Part shown: positions 22,254 through 35,509 of the stretch, piece by piece
Numbering within the stretch: the stretch's first letter is position 1
Layout of the letters: each line of letters begins with the position of its first letter
From: Pseudogymnoascus verrucosus
Lineage: Eukaryota
Reading direction: 5' to 3' (one strand)
Length of the DNA: 64,000 nt
NCBI GenBank assembly: GCA_001662655.1
Contig: KV460207.1
Notes under the pieces: model-generated
What the model saw: only the letters and a program-made list of their open reading frames with translations
Databases searched by the model: none
What the model was told of the DNA's origin: nothing
Translations under genes and position numbers: made by a program

Positions 22254-22994
22254 ATGGATTCGATGGAGCCGGAGCAGACCCCTTTTGGGGCAGTGTCGGA
22301 GCAGACGTCACGGCTTCAGCGCGTGAGTGATGGCTGAGTGAACGACTGTTGTGTCGGAGCTGACATTTTTTGTTTCAGATATATCAAACATACCTCGACA
22401 AATCGACCCCATTTACGGCGTACAGATGGCTCGGGACGGGATCTCTCCTCGTCATCTTCTTCCTCAGGATATTCCTCGAGCAGGGATGGTACATTGGTTC
22501 GTCGCATACGCACTCTGATATCGGCTTGACCATGAGCTAACCGTCTATATAGTTGCGTACTCTCTGGGAATCTACCTCCTCAACCTCTTCCTCGCCTTCC
22601 TCCAGCCTAAATTCGACCCATCGAACGAGGCCATAGACAATGAGATGGAGGACGGAGAGGCAGGTGGCCTACCAACCAAGCAGGGCGATGAGTTCAAGCC
22701 CTTCATCAGAAGGCTGCCCGAGTTCAAGTTCTGGCACTCCGCCACCAGGGCCATCACCATTGGCTTCGTCTGCACCTTTTTCTCGATCTTCGACGTTCCG
22801 GTGTTCTGGCCAGTGTTGGTTATCTACTGGTTCATTCTATTCACATTGACGAGTACGTCTTCCTAGAACCCCCTATATTCGAGTGGAGTGCTGACGGTGA
22901 ACGAATAGTGAGGAGACAGATCCAGCATATGATCAAGTACCGCTATGTGCCATTCTCGTTCGGCAAGGCCAAGTACAACAAGAACAGCTCTTAG
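22254..22994 (+). CDS. RER1: Rer1 Golgi-to-ER retrieval receptor
   Basis: Spliced exons read [63 protein letters not shown] and [15 protein letters not shown]. Three introns. Confidence 0.95.
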
Positions 22995-23728
22995 ATCATC
23001 ATGGAAGCGGTTGGTGGATGGTCTCTGCACGGATCGACAAGAGTTGTGAGCTTCGCTGCTCGTGTATCATGTACTGGGTGACTTGATTGGGGTGAACGGT
23101 CAGACTGAGGCCGTTTGTATTGCACGGTATCACCGTTAACGACACTTTACATGGACTTTATGGGTCACATAGGGTCGGAGAACTGGCATAGAAGGCATGG
23201 GATTGTCCCAGCCGGTAGAGTGTTATTATTAATGGGATTAATGAAAAAGCCAAACTCAAGTATTCGTGCCACCAACAAGTCTTAAGAGACAGTCATGTGA
23301 GGATATACACCTCTGATAGAACTGATCTCTCTACCTCTTCAGAATAAGTGACTAGTTTATCGATTGCAGCCGTAAGTAGTTGAATGCCTTTGCTTTCATT
23401 ATAGCTGCTGTTGCATTACAGTCCCTGTTCAGACTTTTGGCCAATATGAGTAAATGTGTTGGTAAATTGTTCATACAGCGTAATTAAATATTAATTCAAG
23501 ATAATTACAAGTTATTACTCCTTCAACTTAGGCCACAAATTTATTCCTTTTAGTTGTGATGTTCGACGTCGTTCTTTGTGGTCCCTTTCCAGCCTTGCCA
23601 ACCACAATCAACGCTAACCCAATTGAGCACCGATTCAGCCAGAGCGCCTCAAATTACTTCCACCTCAGCCTCGACTGAACCAGAGCAAGAACCGACAACA
23701 CGACAATCGCTCTATCAATATAGCTGTG

Positions 23729-25202
23729 ATGGCTACCTCAAGTTCGCGCGGGCCAGATAGGTCAATCCACCAGGATTACATTGCGCGCATACGATACTCA
23801 AACACCCTTCCACCTCCACCAAACCCGCCCAAGCTTCTTGAGATCCCAAATACGGGCCTATCAAGTGGACAATACACAACTCCCGGTTTCGCATCGAGGT
23901 TGGCTCGCGAGCAGCCATTGAATATTGAGGCAGATGCGGAGCTTGGTATGCACATCGACCTGGTGGGAATGCCAGGAGTCTTCGACGGCGATGAGAGTTG
24001 TAAGTGCGCCCAATTCGTAGGATCCAAACCTCTTGGCTGACCGCATCGGAACAGCCATCCAAGCAGCCATCCACGCGCCTGCACCGCACCCACACGATCG
24101 CGCTCTTCTTCGACCCCTGAACTCGATAGGGAAGCCAAAGGTTGTAGACTCGGGCTCGTCCTTCCTCCGCCGCACGGAATACATCTCCAGCACGAAAGGG
24201 CGTATGGACGAACATACGCCCCAGAAGCCAGTTGTCAAGCGCGCGAAACCAGCAGACAGATTCCAACCACTCCCCAAAGACTTGGACAAGGAGGACCCAG
24301 AGTATATCCTCGCAGCTGTCCAGCGCTCTTTCGAAATTGCAGCAGCCAATGTCGCGAACCCTCTACGCCTTCGTCATCCTTCGAAGCGCAATGTCAAGCT
24401 TGTCTCGTCGCATCCTATGGTCCCAGACCTCGATGCTTTCAACGATGCCGGTGGATATATCACCATCAAATTCCAGAACAACCCCGTCCCACCATCCACC
24501 ACCTACGACAAACGTCTCGAATCAGGCATGCTCCGGCCCTTCGTCAGCTCCGAGGCCGCAAACGCCGCACACGAAAAGGCAGTCGCAGCTCACGAGCATG
24601 ATCCCAGCCGCAACCCGCACCCCGGCCCGAACCAAGACTACGAGTTCTTCCTGCCAGAGACCACGGTTGACGCCGTGAAGTTCAAGCGCAAGTCTGATGT
24701 GTACGACGCCGACGCCAAGAACGACGACGGGCTGTACACCTATACCAACCAAACTGGCGACAAGTGCTTCCGCTTCAAGCGCATTCGTGCATACGAGACC
24801 AGCGAAGAGGTGCAGATCCAGGGTGTGGATCGCTGGAACTCGGAGGTGGTTATCGCGGTCAATGATGGCAAGGATGGTGTGCACCAGCGCGCGGCATATG
24901 TGTACCCGCTGGTTCTGCGTACAAAGATCCGCCCGCAGCGAAGCAAGAATATTGATCGCCAGCGGTTTGGTGGCGAGGCGGAGGAGGAAGATACGGTGGA
25001 TTTCTTGGATGTGATGGTGAGGGAGCCGGATGAGAGTGAGGTCGCGTCCAGGAAGAAGTGGGCTGAGTTCCCGAATGGAGATGGGGAGGAGAGCGAGGAA
25101 GAGGTGGTGGAGGAGCCGAAGGGTGTGAACGGAAATGGGAATGGGAGTGCATCTCATAATGACCATGAGGTAGATGAGGATGCGGAGGCAGAGAGCGAAT
25201 AG
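23729..25202 (+). CDS. PAF1: RNA polymerase II-associated factor Paf1
   Basis: QDYIARIRYSNTLPPPPNPPKLL, ELGMHIDLVG and SFLRRTEYIS. Intron near 24000-24054 and an acidic C-terminus. Confidence 0.9.
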
Positions 25203-25584
25203 TTGGTGGAATAATTTGGTCCTCTATTTCGGACCATTCTTGTGATACTACAGAAGAGTGAGAGCATAGCATTAGGCGTCAGGTCAAAAACAAATAGGAA
25301 TGATCTAAAGGCGAAAAGGCAATAAATATACTCTATTTTCAAAACGTATCAAGGGTACTCGTGCCTCCCAAAGCGTGAAGAGGTTACTCTCGGCGGCACA
25401 CAGTGAAATATCCGATCTAAACGTAGATTATTATTATTTCGTCATCTTATTCAAACAGTAGCTGTTGCTACTTGAGCGCAGTATGGTATATATATGCCCC
25501 ATGCCCCTGTAATAGCCCTCATCTATCCTTTCATCATACATTCCCACCCCACCCCCCACCAACGCCTCGCCCCTCCAACCCCCA

Positions 25585-26212
25585 TCACGACTCCGCCTGC
25601 ACAGTCTGAACCAACCAATCCATGCCCTCGCTGACACCGCTCCCATCCACAGCACTGCACGCCACAATACTCCAGTTGCGGTCCCTCAGCTCGCCCAGCT
25701 TCAGCGCCTCGCTGATATCCCCCGCGCCCTTCGCACCCGGCTGGTCCTGCTTATTCGCAAACACGAGCAGCGCCGCATCCTTGAGCTCGTCCTCGTTCAG
25801 CATCGCGGCGAGTTCCTCAGCTGCCGTGCCTAGTCGCTCGATGTCCGTGCTGTCGATGACGAAGATGACCGCGGCTGTGTTGGCGTAGTAGCAGCGCCAG
25901 TACGGCCGGATCGAGGTTTGTCCGCCCAGATCCCACACGTTGAAGTTTAGATTCTTGTAGGTCACTGACTCGACGTTGAAGCCGATTGTGGGGATTGTTG
26001 TTACGACTTCGCCGATCTTGAGACGGTAGAGGAGGGTTGTTTTGCCGGCGTTGTCCTGCGCGTGCATGTGTTAGTCGTTGAGGGGTCAGGGGTGGGAGAT
26101 GCGCAACGGCGGAGGAGGGGGTTGAGGGGTAACATACAAGACCAAGGATTAGGATTCTGATTTCTTTCTTTGAGAAGAGGAGGCCAGACAGCCATGACAT
26201 CGAGTTCCCCAT
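25585..26212 (-). CDS. ARL1: ADP-ribosylation factor-like GTPase Arl1
   Basis: [38 protein letters not shown] and ANKQD. Intron at 26056-26137. Confidence 0.95.
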
Positions 26213-26850
26213 CTTGCTTGTCCCCGTGCCTGATCCCCTTTTACGCCGACGTAGCCTGTCTCAGCTGTTCCTGCGCGGTTTTTCAAGGTGTGATCGCGTC
26301 GGCTCTGTTGAAAAGCTGGTGAAGTTGGTCGCCGGTATCACAAAAGATCACAGTTTCCGCACAGGAATAGACGCGTATTTACTTAAGAAGAAAGTGGCAT
26401 AAAGGAGGAAATTCAAATCAGCCCCCAGATTTCTTGATGACCCTGGTCTAAAAGAGCTACACTACATTACTAACAAGGTGGTGAGGCACCAAGGCACGCA
26501 GGCTTGTATGGATCGGGAATGGTTCCAAATACGCCCGACACAGGGCGCTAGGCGCGTATCCCACCAGCGCGCTTAAGTGCCAAAGTGGACGACAATGATG
26601 GTGAGAGGGCAGGGTCGTCGAATAAAGAACTAGAAGGTGAATTGGACGTGACGAAACATATTCTATATCCTATCATACATAATTTAGCCGTCGCGTCCCT
26701 GTTTTATAGCCGACAGCCTCGTACAGCAGCATCCCGAGATAAAGGCATACTGTAATAAAACGCTTCACCGAAGACACGATACCACCGAGTTGGGTGTGGG
26801 CTTATTGTCGGACCAATTCACCTTGGGACTCATCAGTATAGTCGCACATT

Positions 26851-29265
26851 ATGGTGGGAAAGAAATCGGCCAAGGCCCTTCAGGTCGAAGAAGGTATGCA
26901 TTTGTCCTCACGGCCACGGTCACGGGACAGGACCTTACTGACGCGCTGCAGGCCTTGAAAGGACGGACAATGGCATGAAACTAACGAGTTTCCCTGAGGT
27001 CTCACAAATAAACCAAAAGAATTATTATACGTAAGTGGAAGACATTCTTCGTCTTCGAGATTTACGCGTTATATCATGGAAAGGCGTTTGATCCACCGTT
27101 CCCCCAAGCCAGCCCCGCCAACAGAGAGGCATCCATAACCCTCTTACCATGAGAGCTTATCCGATATCCATTCATGTTTGTCTCTTACTAATAAATATTC
27201 CAGGGAGTATATGAAGCGAGATGACCAGATTCTCCCCCTCCGCCTTCAAGCTGAGGCGAGTAGGGACAAGATGATCCGTACTGCCAAAGACAAGGATAGG
27301 GCTTTGGCGAGGACAGGTGACACAGATGTCCCCGCTCCCAATCCTGATGAAACCGAGTTTGGTGAGGAGGATGCCAATACAGGGGCGGACGGATTTGACG
27401 CGTCAAAGATCATTGCCATCCATCTCGGGAGTCAGAATATGCGTATCGGCCTCGCCAGCGACGCACTACCGAGGACTGTGCCGATGTGTACCGCATGGAA
27501 GATGCCAAAATGTGAATCGGACATCAAGCCGCCTATGCCGAAACGGCAGAAGATGACAGGTACTCCTGAAGACCAGTTTGGTGACGAGTGGGCGAAGAAG
27601 TATACGAAAATGTGCGACGATCTAAAGAAAGATATGCGGACAAATAAGCGCAAGGTCCTTCCCAACTCCAAGGAACTGGTAGTCAACTACAACAGGCGGA
27701 CTCCTCCAGAGAAAATTCCTGAGCACAATGACCCGGCAAGGATAGAGTGGACAGATATCGGTTTATCTAGTACATTCAACGGACTTGAGGCACAGAGGAT
27801 TCCAGACAATTCTGATCCCGCATATCGACTATTTTGGCCAATCCAGCACGGAAGGCTGAATGAAGAAGATTTCCCGAGCAAGGAACAGTTGAAGATGGCG
27901 ATCGATTCCATTATCACTGGAGCTTTAAAGACAGAGCTTAAGATTACGAAGACTGGGCAATGGAAGGACTACAGCTGCGTCCTCGTAATTCCAGATCTGT
28001 ACGATAAGAAGTTTGTCGAGATGATGTTGGAAATGTTCATGAATGATTATTCTTTCGCCAAGGTCGCCTTCATCCAGGAGTCTCTCGCCGCAAGCTTCGG
28101 AGCCGGCTACACATCGGCGTGCATCGTTGACGTTGGCGCACAAAAAACCTCCATCTGTTGCGTCGAAGACGGCCTCTGTATCGAAGACTCCCGCATCAAC
28201 TTGAAGTATGGTGGCTACGACGTGACCGAGACCTTCGTCAAGATGATGCTCTTCGACCACTTTCCCTATGCCGATATCAACCTTGCACGACGCTATGACT
28301 TCCTCCTCGCCGAGGAGCTAAAGATGAAATTCTGCACCATGAACCAAGCCGAAATCTCCGTCCAGTTGTACAACTTTCATCTTCGTGCCCCGTCCGAGTA
28401 CACCCGCAAGTACAACTTCAAGACTTACGACGAGGTAATCCTCGCGCCAATGGGCTTCTGCGACCCATCAATATTCGATAACTCGGCGAAGCTTAACGGT
28501 CGCCGCAAGCTCATCGACCGCTCCTATAACATCTATGACCCTGAAATCCCCGATGACCCTGTCTCAGCCGCACAGATTTCTATCCTCGCGGCCATCAAGC
28601 CCTCCGCCGCAGCTGCCCCTAAAGCCCCAGCCAACCCTGCCACCAACGGAGAAGGGACGGCGGCTGTTTCGACCCCAATGAAAGAGAAACCGAATCCCTT
28701 CAGCTTCCTCGGCGTCGACACACAGGGAACGCCCGGGACTTCGCATGCCGGCTCTCCTGCCCCAGAGGGCTCGAACACCCCCGCCGCGAACGGTGGCAGC
28801 CCGGCTCCTTTCCAATTTGGCGGTAGCGGCAGTGGAGCTCCTCAGGGCATATTCGTGCCCGACCCAGCGCACTGCTCGCAACGTGCTCTCGCTGCCGAGC
28901 GTGACTCCGTTCTTCCGATCGCGCCATTGGACACGGCTATCTTGACATCGATCACGACGGCAGCAAGAGGAGACGAGAAGAAGCTACGCGACTTGCTTGG
29001 CGGTATCATGATTATTGGAGGCGGGGCAAAGACGCCTGGGTTCGGGCCGTTCCTCGAGGAGCGGTTGAAGAGGTTGCGGCCCGATCTTGGGGATAGGATA
29101 TTGGTTGGGACGAGCCCCAGGGAGATGGATGGGCAGGTTGTGACTTGGAAGGGAGCGAGCGTTTTTGCGAAGCTTGTGGGGACGAATGATACGTGGATTG
29201 GAGGAACGGAATGGGAAAGGTTGGGGAGCAGGGTTCTCCATCACAAGTTGGCGTTTTATTACTAA
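26851..29265 (+). CDS. ARP8: Actin-related protein Arp8 (INO80 complex)
   Basis: Small 5' exons (MVGKKSAKAL..., ERTDNGMKLTSFP..INQKNYYT), then EYMKRDDQ, IHLGSQNMRIG, CIVDVGAQKTSICCVEDG and WKGASV. Confidence 0.92.
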
Positions 29266-29599
29266 AATTTGCAAAAGTGGGTAGCACAATCTAGAAAGGA
29301 AGGCGTAATGTATGATAAATGACATCGTGTGCTTTTTTATACGTGTATAGAGAGGATGGCTTCATTTGAAAGAACGCAGAAACGTGAAGTTGCGCGCAGG
29401 TGGGAACATGAACCTGGCCTTGTGCCTCAGCAGAAAACACAAAACTCCGCAACTTGTCAATGCGCGGGTACTTCTCTGAAAAATCAGAAAAACGACACAA
29501 CTGGGTATAATGCCAGAAAAAATGACGCTCCCCCGCCCCCTGACAGACTTCCCCAAACCGCCCATGCAGATGCTCAAATCATAACTCCTCCCAATGCAC

Positions 29600-31150
29600 T
29601 CAGTACTCGTCAATTGGCGACCATGGCTCGACGGGTTTCAGGGACATGTAATACTGAAATTCCCACTCGTCATCGTCCTTCTCCGGAACATAGGGCTTCC
29701 AGTCATCATCCATGTCCACGTATTCGGCGGCATTTTCTTGCTGGGAAAGTGGCTTTGTCTTGCTGCTGGTCGCTCCAAAGGGAACATTGGCACGGCCGTC
29801 TTCGCCAACCAGAGCAGCTTTCTTTCGGTGAGCGAGTGCATTCTTCTTGTAGTACGCCTTGCGGAATGCCATCTTGGCGCGCTGTTCTTCGTCATCGTTG
29901 TCAACCAGCATGGCGCGAGCTTTCTTGTACTCGACATCAAGGGCTATCTTGTAGTCCTCCCGGTCAAGAGCTGTGGTGAGTTCGTCCTCGGGGTCAGAAG
30001 GGGCCAAATGGCGGTCATTGTCGTCCTCGCCATCGTCGGATCCAAGAGCGGTGTATGCTTCGTGCGATCTGGCGTCTTTGCCAGGTTTGTCGCCGAGGCG
30101 GAGGCGCTCCAGGAATGAGTCCAGGTCGGTACTCTTGTTGGATTCCCCGCGCTTGGGGGGGTCGACGTTCTCGTAGCGTCGGCGCAGATTGGGATCGCTG
30201 GCCTTGCGCAAGTTCACTGGTTTGATTAGCTACTGTTGCATTCCTGTGCTCCGAGATTTGCAAAGCATGAGATCGAACACCAAGATTGGAAATGCGCAGG
30301 TCAACAGCTCAAGATCAGGGCATTGAATATAATATAAACACACAAGGCCATGACGGCCCAAATTTCAAAACCAAAACGCGCAGGTCAGGAACTCAAGATA
30401 GTAATACGAAGCACAGGGTGTATGGATAAGAATATGAATGTCAGAGCGCCAAAATTTGAACGGGCAGGCTAACAACTGAAGATCAAAACATCAAATATGG
30501 ACATATAAGTAAGAATATGAAGGTCAATGCCTCCAAATGGAAACGCGCAGGCCACAACTTGAAGCTCACAGAATGAAAGTTCAGGACTCACCATCCTGAA
30601 ACGCCTTCTTGGCGTTCATCACCAGCTCACCAACCATCCCGTCTCTGCCCCCCGTGGCCACTTCTCCGGGTCCCATAACCTCCAGATGGAGACCTGCCTC
30701 CTTCACCTCGACACCGTTCTCGTCAGAAGGTGTCATCTTGCTCTCGCGAGCAGGGTGTCCAACCCAGACACCTTCAGCCACAGAGATCCGTGGCGAACTG
30801 ACGGTTTTGGGTGCCGGGCAAAGAGGCAAGCCAAGATCCAGGCTTGAGACCGACGAAGAAGTGAGCACAAAGAGCAAAGGCAGGATGGTTGGTGTGGCTG
30901 GCCTCGGCTTTGCATCCGACAGTTTGTCGGATTCGGCTTTGGATAGGGGTGGCAGCGGGTTCGATTGCCTGTCGAGAGTGATGTTGTAAGAAAACACTGT
31001 CTCGCAAAAAGCTGTTGTTGGTGACCTACTGCTTGTTGGCAATACCTCCGGGGCCTGAGGACGCTTTTTGGGCGTCCTTAAGGAGGGAGGCGTGACCCTC
31101 TGGGTCAGAGGCCTTGCGAGCTCCGAAGCGAGACAGGACTGGACAACGCG
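29600..31150 (-). CDS. Orphan low-complexity protein (5' end uncertain) with a ~370-nt repeat-containing intron
   Basis: ORFs 31042-30581 and 30217-29600 join in frame through a GTGAGT donor (~30591) and a CTAAT...CAG acceptor (~30218), giving ...KKAFQD|VNLRKASDP... No recognisable domain. Confidence 0.5.
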
Positions 31151-31601
31151 GTTAAAGGCGTCGGAAACGGAAAGAGCAAAGACAGCACAAGAGTGTCCAA
31201 CTCAGATTTGGGCATTGTAAGCTTCTCAAAGCTGACTTGCAGAATATGAACCCCCTTTCACTAAAAAGGGGCGGAGAGTGAACCACTGTGTTCAGTCGCC
31301 CCAGAAACTCTGTGGACAGACAGTAAAAGGGTGAGGCTTGTAGGAGACTTTCTTTCTTTGAATAACATTTAAAGGGCATTTGAAGTATAGAAATCAGAAT
31401 ACTTACAAGAAAACGGAGCCATGGTTGTATAAACAGTCGTATCAGGAGGTTCAGTCACGTGTTCAGTCACGTGTGTCAAAATCATGAAGGTGGACAGAAA
31501 TATGAAGCATACGGGAATTGGTTTTGGAAAGCCATAGCACTAGCTAGGTGTCCACGTGATATACAATTCCTCCTTCATCCTTCCCTCGCGTGACGTAGGA
31601 A

Positions 31602-33233
31602 CTACGCGGCACCCTGGTTACCCCTCCTCCTATTCTCCCTCTGTCTCACCTCCTTCTTCACCTCCTTTTGCCTCTTCTTCCACGCCCGATTTGTCTCGCC
31701 CCTATTCTCATAAAACCACTTCTGGAAGTCTTGGTTTGGATCTGTCTCTTCTTTCGCATTTGGATCCGCTTTCCCAGACGCTCCTGCTTTCCTCGTGGGG
31801 CTGTCTGCGGTATTATAGTCTCCCTCGTCCTCTTCCTCAGCAGGCCAACTGAAGTGCTTCCTATGAGGATGTGCTGTATCCGGCGTCGGTGCAGCACTAC
31901 GCTGTCCTCTCGACGAGAACTCTTGTGTGGTAAATGGTGTCATAGGAGCAACAAAGTCGTCTACCTCGTCATCCTCATCGACATCAGAGTTATTTCCGTC
32001 TCCGAAAAATGTAAATGACGAGGCAGCAGGGGCTTCAGAAGCGTTTGCGCCCTGGTCGCGACGCCCGTAGAGTGCCTCAAGTGGGTGGATAGAAGCGGTT
32101 TCCTTGGACTTTAGGCCTGGTGGTGGCGGGATTGATATTGTGAGCCCATGAGATGGTGGTGGTATTGAGGGGGCGGCTGATGTGGCGGGTTGGTCTGGTG
32201 AGTTTGAAGATTGTGCTTCAGCTTCATTTTCGGATTCCTGCTCTGAGGCATCGTCGTCCTCATCTTCAGAAGAGGAGCCAGAGCTGGAAGTATCGGAAAC
32301 TTCTGCCGCAGCATCTTGCATGCTGGTGTCTGCGTCTTCCTCGGACTCCGACTTTTCCACAGGCTCGGCAGGCGGCAACCTGACCTTGTTCTCCTTCGCA
32401 ATTTTTTTTAACACATCAACGTTATGATTTGACTTCTTTGGCTCTCCCTCCACCACTTCTCCATTCTCATCCACCCAGCCCTTCCCTTCGACAAACTCCA
32501 CTGCTACTTTCACATTCCCCCCCGTGCTCTTCTGCCTCAAAAACGTTGCAAACTTTTCTGTCTTGGCAAATTCATGCAGAGTCACGTCTTTCCCGGCCTT
32601 TCTTTTCCTCCTCTCTTTATCCACTACCACACCCTCGATCCCCTTTGCAGGCAAGGCCGCTGCGATGGTCGGTGGCAACGTTGTTCGGAAAAGGCATTCC
32701 GCTTCAGTGGTATATTTGCTCTTCTCCCTCTCTTTCTTCTTATCCTTGCCCTCCTTCATCCTATTCTCTTTCGCTGCCTTCTTGGTAGCCTTCGGATCCG
32801 TCCAGCCGCGCTTGATCTGTCGATCCAGCACCTCGGCGCCCTTCATAGGCTCCTCGTGTCGCTTTCTCTTCTTGCTAGATTTCTCCTTCTTTTTCTTTCC
32901 CTCTTCCTCGGCACCCTCACCCCCATCAATCGCCTCCCCCCAAGCCTTCTCTCCTCTCGCCTCTTCAATTGCAATCTTCTTCCCACGAAGCAAAGCTCCC
33001 TTCAACTTCCTCTTTATCTTCCCCGCTTCCTCGGTGGGCAAATCCACAAACCCATACTCCTTTTCGGGAAACGCCTGCAGGGTATGGAATGAGATGTTTC
33101 GTGCCTTCGGTGCCAGCGATGGCGGCACAATTGCTGCCATTAGCGAAGCATTGAACGGCGTAATGTGAAGGCGTGAGTATCCTTCGTCCACGCCCGCCTT
33201 TGGGCCGCCCTTCTTATCGCTGATGGGCGCCAT
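31602..33233 (-). CDS. Nucleolar-type protein with an N-terminal RRM-like domain and Lys/acidic/Ser tracts (Nop8/SRP40-like)
   Basis: RLHITPF...YGFVDLP...KLKGALLRGKKIAIEEAR, and C-terminal FQKWFYENRGETNRAWKKR. Likely ATG at 33233. Confidence 0.75.
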   Translation of the reverse strand: MAPISDKKGGPKAGVDEGYSRLHITPFNASLMAAIVPPSLAPKARNISFHTLQAFPEKEYGFVDLPTEEAGKIKRKLKGALLRGKKIAIEEARGEKAWGEAIDGGEGAEEEGKKKKEKSSKKRKRHEEPMKGAEVLDRQIKRGWTDPKATKKAAKENRMKEGKDKKKEREKSKYTTEAECLFRTTLPPTIAAALPAKGIEGVVVDKERRKRKAGKDVTLHEFAKTEKFATFLRQKSTGGNVKVAVEFVEGKGWVDENGEVVEGEPKKSNHNVDVLKKIAKENKVRLPPAEPVEKSESEEDADTSMQDAAAEVSDTSSSGSSSEDEDDDASEQESENEAEAQSSNSPDQPATSAAPSIPPPSHGLTISIPPPPGLKSKETASIHPLEALYGRRDQGANASEAPAASSFTFFGDGNNSDVDEDDEVDDFVAPMTPFTTQEFSSRGQRSAAPTPDTAHPHRKHFSWPAEEEDEGDYNTADSPTRKAGASGKADPNAKEETDPNQDFQKWFYENRGETNRAWKKRQKEVKKEVRQRENRRRGNQGAA

Positions 33234-33876
33234 GTTTTGGTTGGTTGCGGGAAACGGATTGTGTCCTTTCGTCCCTCTTTGTAGGCAATCAGAGCGGCGC
33301 TCCGGAAATCGCAACCAGGGCAGTGGCGCGGAGAGATTTGGTGGGCGCTTGGAGGAGCTTGGGACAGCACAGAAACGAAAAATATCACGATAAGATAAAG
33401 TGTCGGTGCACGGGCCAAAGGTACCAGGAACCAATCAGACTTTAGCACTCCTTTGGACAATATGTTTGATAAAACAAACTATTTTTGGCTCTAAAGAATC
33501 ATGCCTGTTTGATGTGGCCTGTTATATTAATTTCCATATTCAGGTTTATCTCTCTGTTCCCTTCGTTATTGTTAGTTATAATTTAATTTGCTGTGAAGAT
33601 TCATTTTGTGGCCCTGCTTCGAATAAATTAATACTGGTACAATTCAAATTTTGCAACCAAAAAAATTAACATTTCCAAAGCCGTAACTTCATTTAGTATA
33701 TATACATGAAGTCCATATAATAAAATCCTCGAGGGGAGATTTGGATATTAATAAACTGCCCGCCCTAATATACACGTCCACAAGCCCCATCCCCATCATC
33801 ATTACCCATTGCTCTATCAAGCCATGAATGGCTGAGCAGCCGTACTCCGAATTAATTACAAAAATAGGTGTTTATA

Positions 33877-34939
33877 TCAATTGCTGTCCGATGCTTCCTT
33901 AGCAGCATCACGGACCTCCTTTCCGCTTGCTCTGTAGTAAATGTCTCCACCCCAGCGCATCGCACGTGCGATGGCGAGAGTTGGGCTGTCGATCGCTGGT
34001 CTGACATCGAGATAGAACACTGGCTCGCCTGCCTCATCATCCGGCGCCTCGTAGTAGTCAATCACGTATCTGACTTCGCTGGTTTTGTCGCCAATCTTTC
34101 GCTCCACATACCAGTCATGGCGATCGAAGGGAGGCGCGGTCCTAATGTTGTTGTTAGTACAGTGATAAGTTAAATCTTCACCTGGGATAACATACTTGAA
34201 CCTAGAAGGATAGATGCCACCCAAAAATTGGACCATCGCCGCCTTCGGTGTCATCTCCTTTGGCCGCCCTTGAAACCTCATCAACTTCGGGTCTGCCTCA
34301 TCCATAACGCCGCTCTCCACAATGCCCTGCTCTCCCTTCATACACTTCCTCCATCCATCGCCCAGGCCCTTGGCAAAAAGGCCCTCCCAGACGCGGATCT
34401 CGTTCCATGCGCCCTCATTCAAAAAGTTATGCACAGAAACCATGCTCGTCACATGCTCTGGATCCGTATCGTGGTATCCCTTGCGCAGCAGCGCATTGTA
34501 CATTTGCTGCGGCGAGGGGTACTCCCAGTTTCCACCGGTACCCTTCGGGATGGTCGACGGCTCGCGCTCAATGTCCAGCGCTACGGTCTGCTTCTCGGCG
34601 CGCTCCTGTGAGAGGTCGGAGAACATGAAGTTGAGAGGATTGTACTTGGAGAGTTTCTCCGTGGTAGTGGGCTTTCGTGGCTCGGAGGGGACGGCTGCGC
34701 TACCGCTCGGGGGAGTGTAGGGGCAGGCGGATTCCTGGGTGACGGGCGCTGGCGCGGGCTTGAGGGCATCGGCGGACTTTTGGTGCATGGGACATTCTGG
34801 CTGTAATGATATTAGAAACGAAGAATCGGAGTATGGAGTTCGCGACACTTACCGGAGGGCTGCGGCTTTTATCGATGGAGGAGGCGTTGTGGTGTGTTGG
34901 GGGCGTCGCAGGCGCTTGGTCTGCCCAAAACCATCCCAT
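33877..34939 (-). CDS. CYC3: Cytochrome c heme lyase (holocytochrome c synthase)
   Basis: MGWFWADQ N-terminus, CPM/CPY heme motifs, [38 protein letters not shown] and LDVRPA. Two introns. Confidence 0.93.
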
Positions 34940-35509
34940 GTTTGCGATATGACGAGTAGAGGTACGTTAAAGATTATAAGTCGTCCAGATTCAAGATGGA
35001 CGAACTGCGGGATAATGCGAATATGCGAATAGGTTATGGGCGTGGAATGAAGGCAAATAGCGAAGGGGATGAAAGTTTGTCGAGTCCCCGGATTTAAATT
35101 CTGCCATTTTGAACGCCAATTGCGGCATAGATTGGTTAATCAACGCCCCTAACAAGGCTATCGGACGAAAAAGTTAAAGGCTATTTACAGTGCACACATG
35201 TAGACGATGGAGATAATATTGAATCTAGATTAAATATTAAATATTGTATTGTTTAAACATGATACTGTTCATTTTGCGCCTTGTTTACCTACAGCCGTTA
35301 TCATTGCACGTGTTAAAAAGTTATTTTCGTTGATCAAGGGCCTCCCGACACTGGAACATCGGCCTAGTACCTGCCTGACGTCACGGCCTGAAGTCGGTAC
35401 TCCACTCCCGGATGACAGCACTTCTATCGAGAATTCTACCGCGGCGCATTCATGGAGAGCGGTTGATTCTTTCTTTAGGCCAGCCCATGGTCATCATCTT
35501 TTCGCGGTG

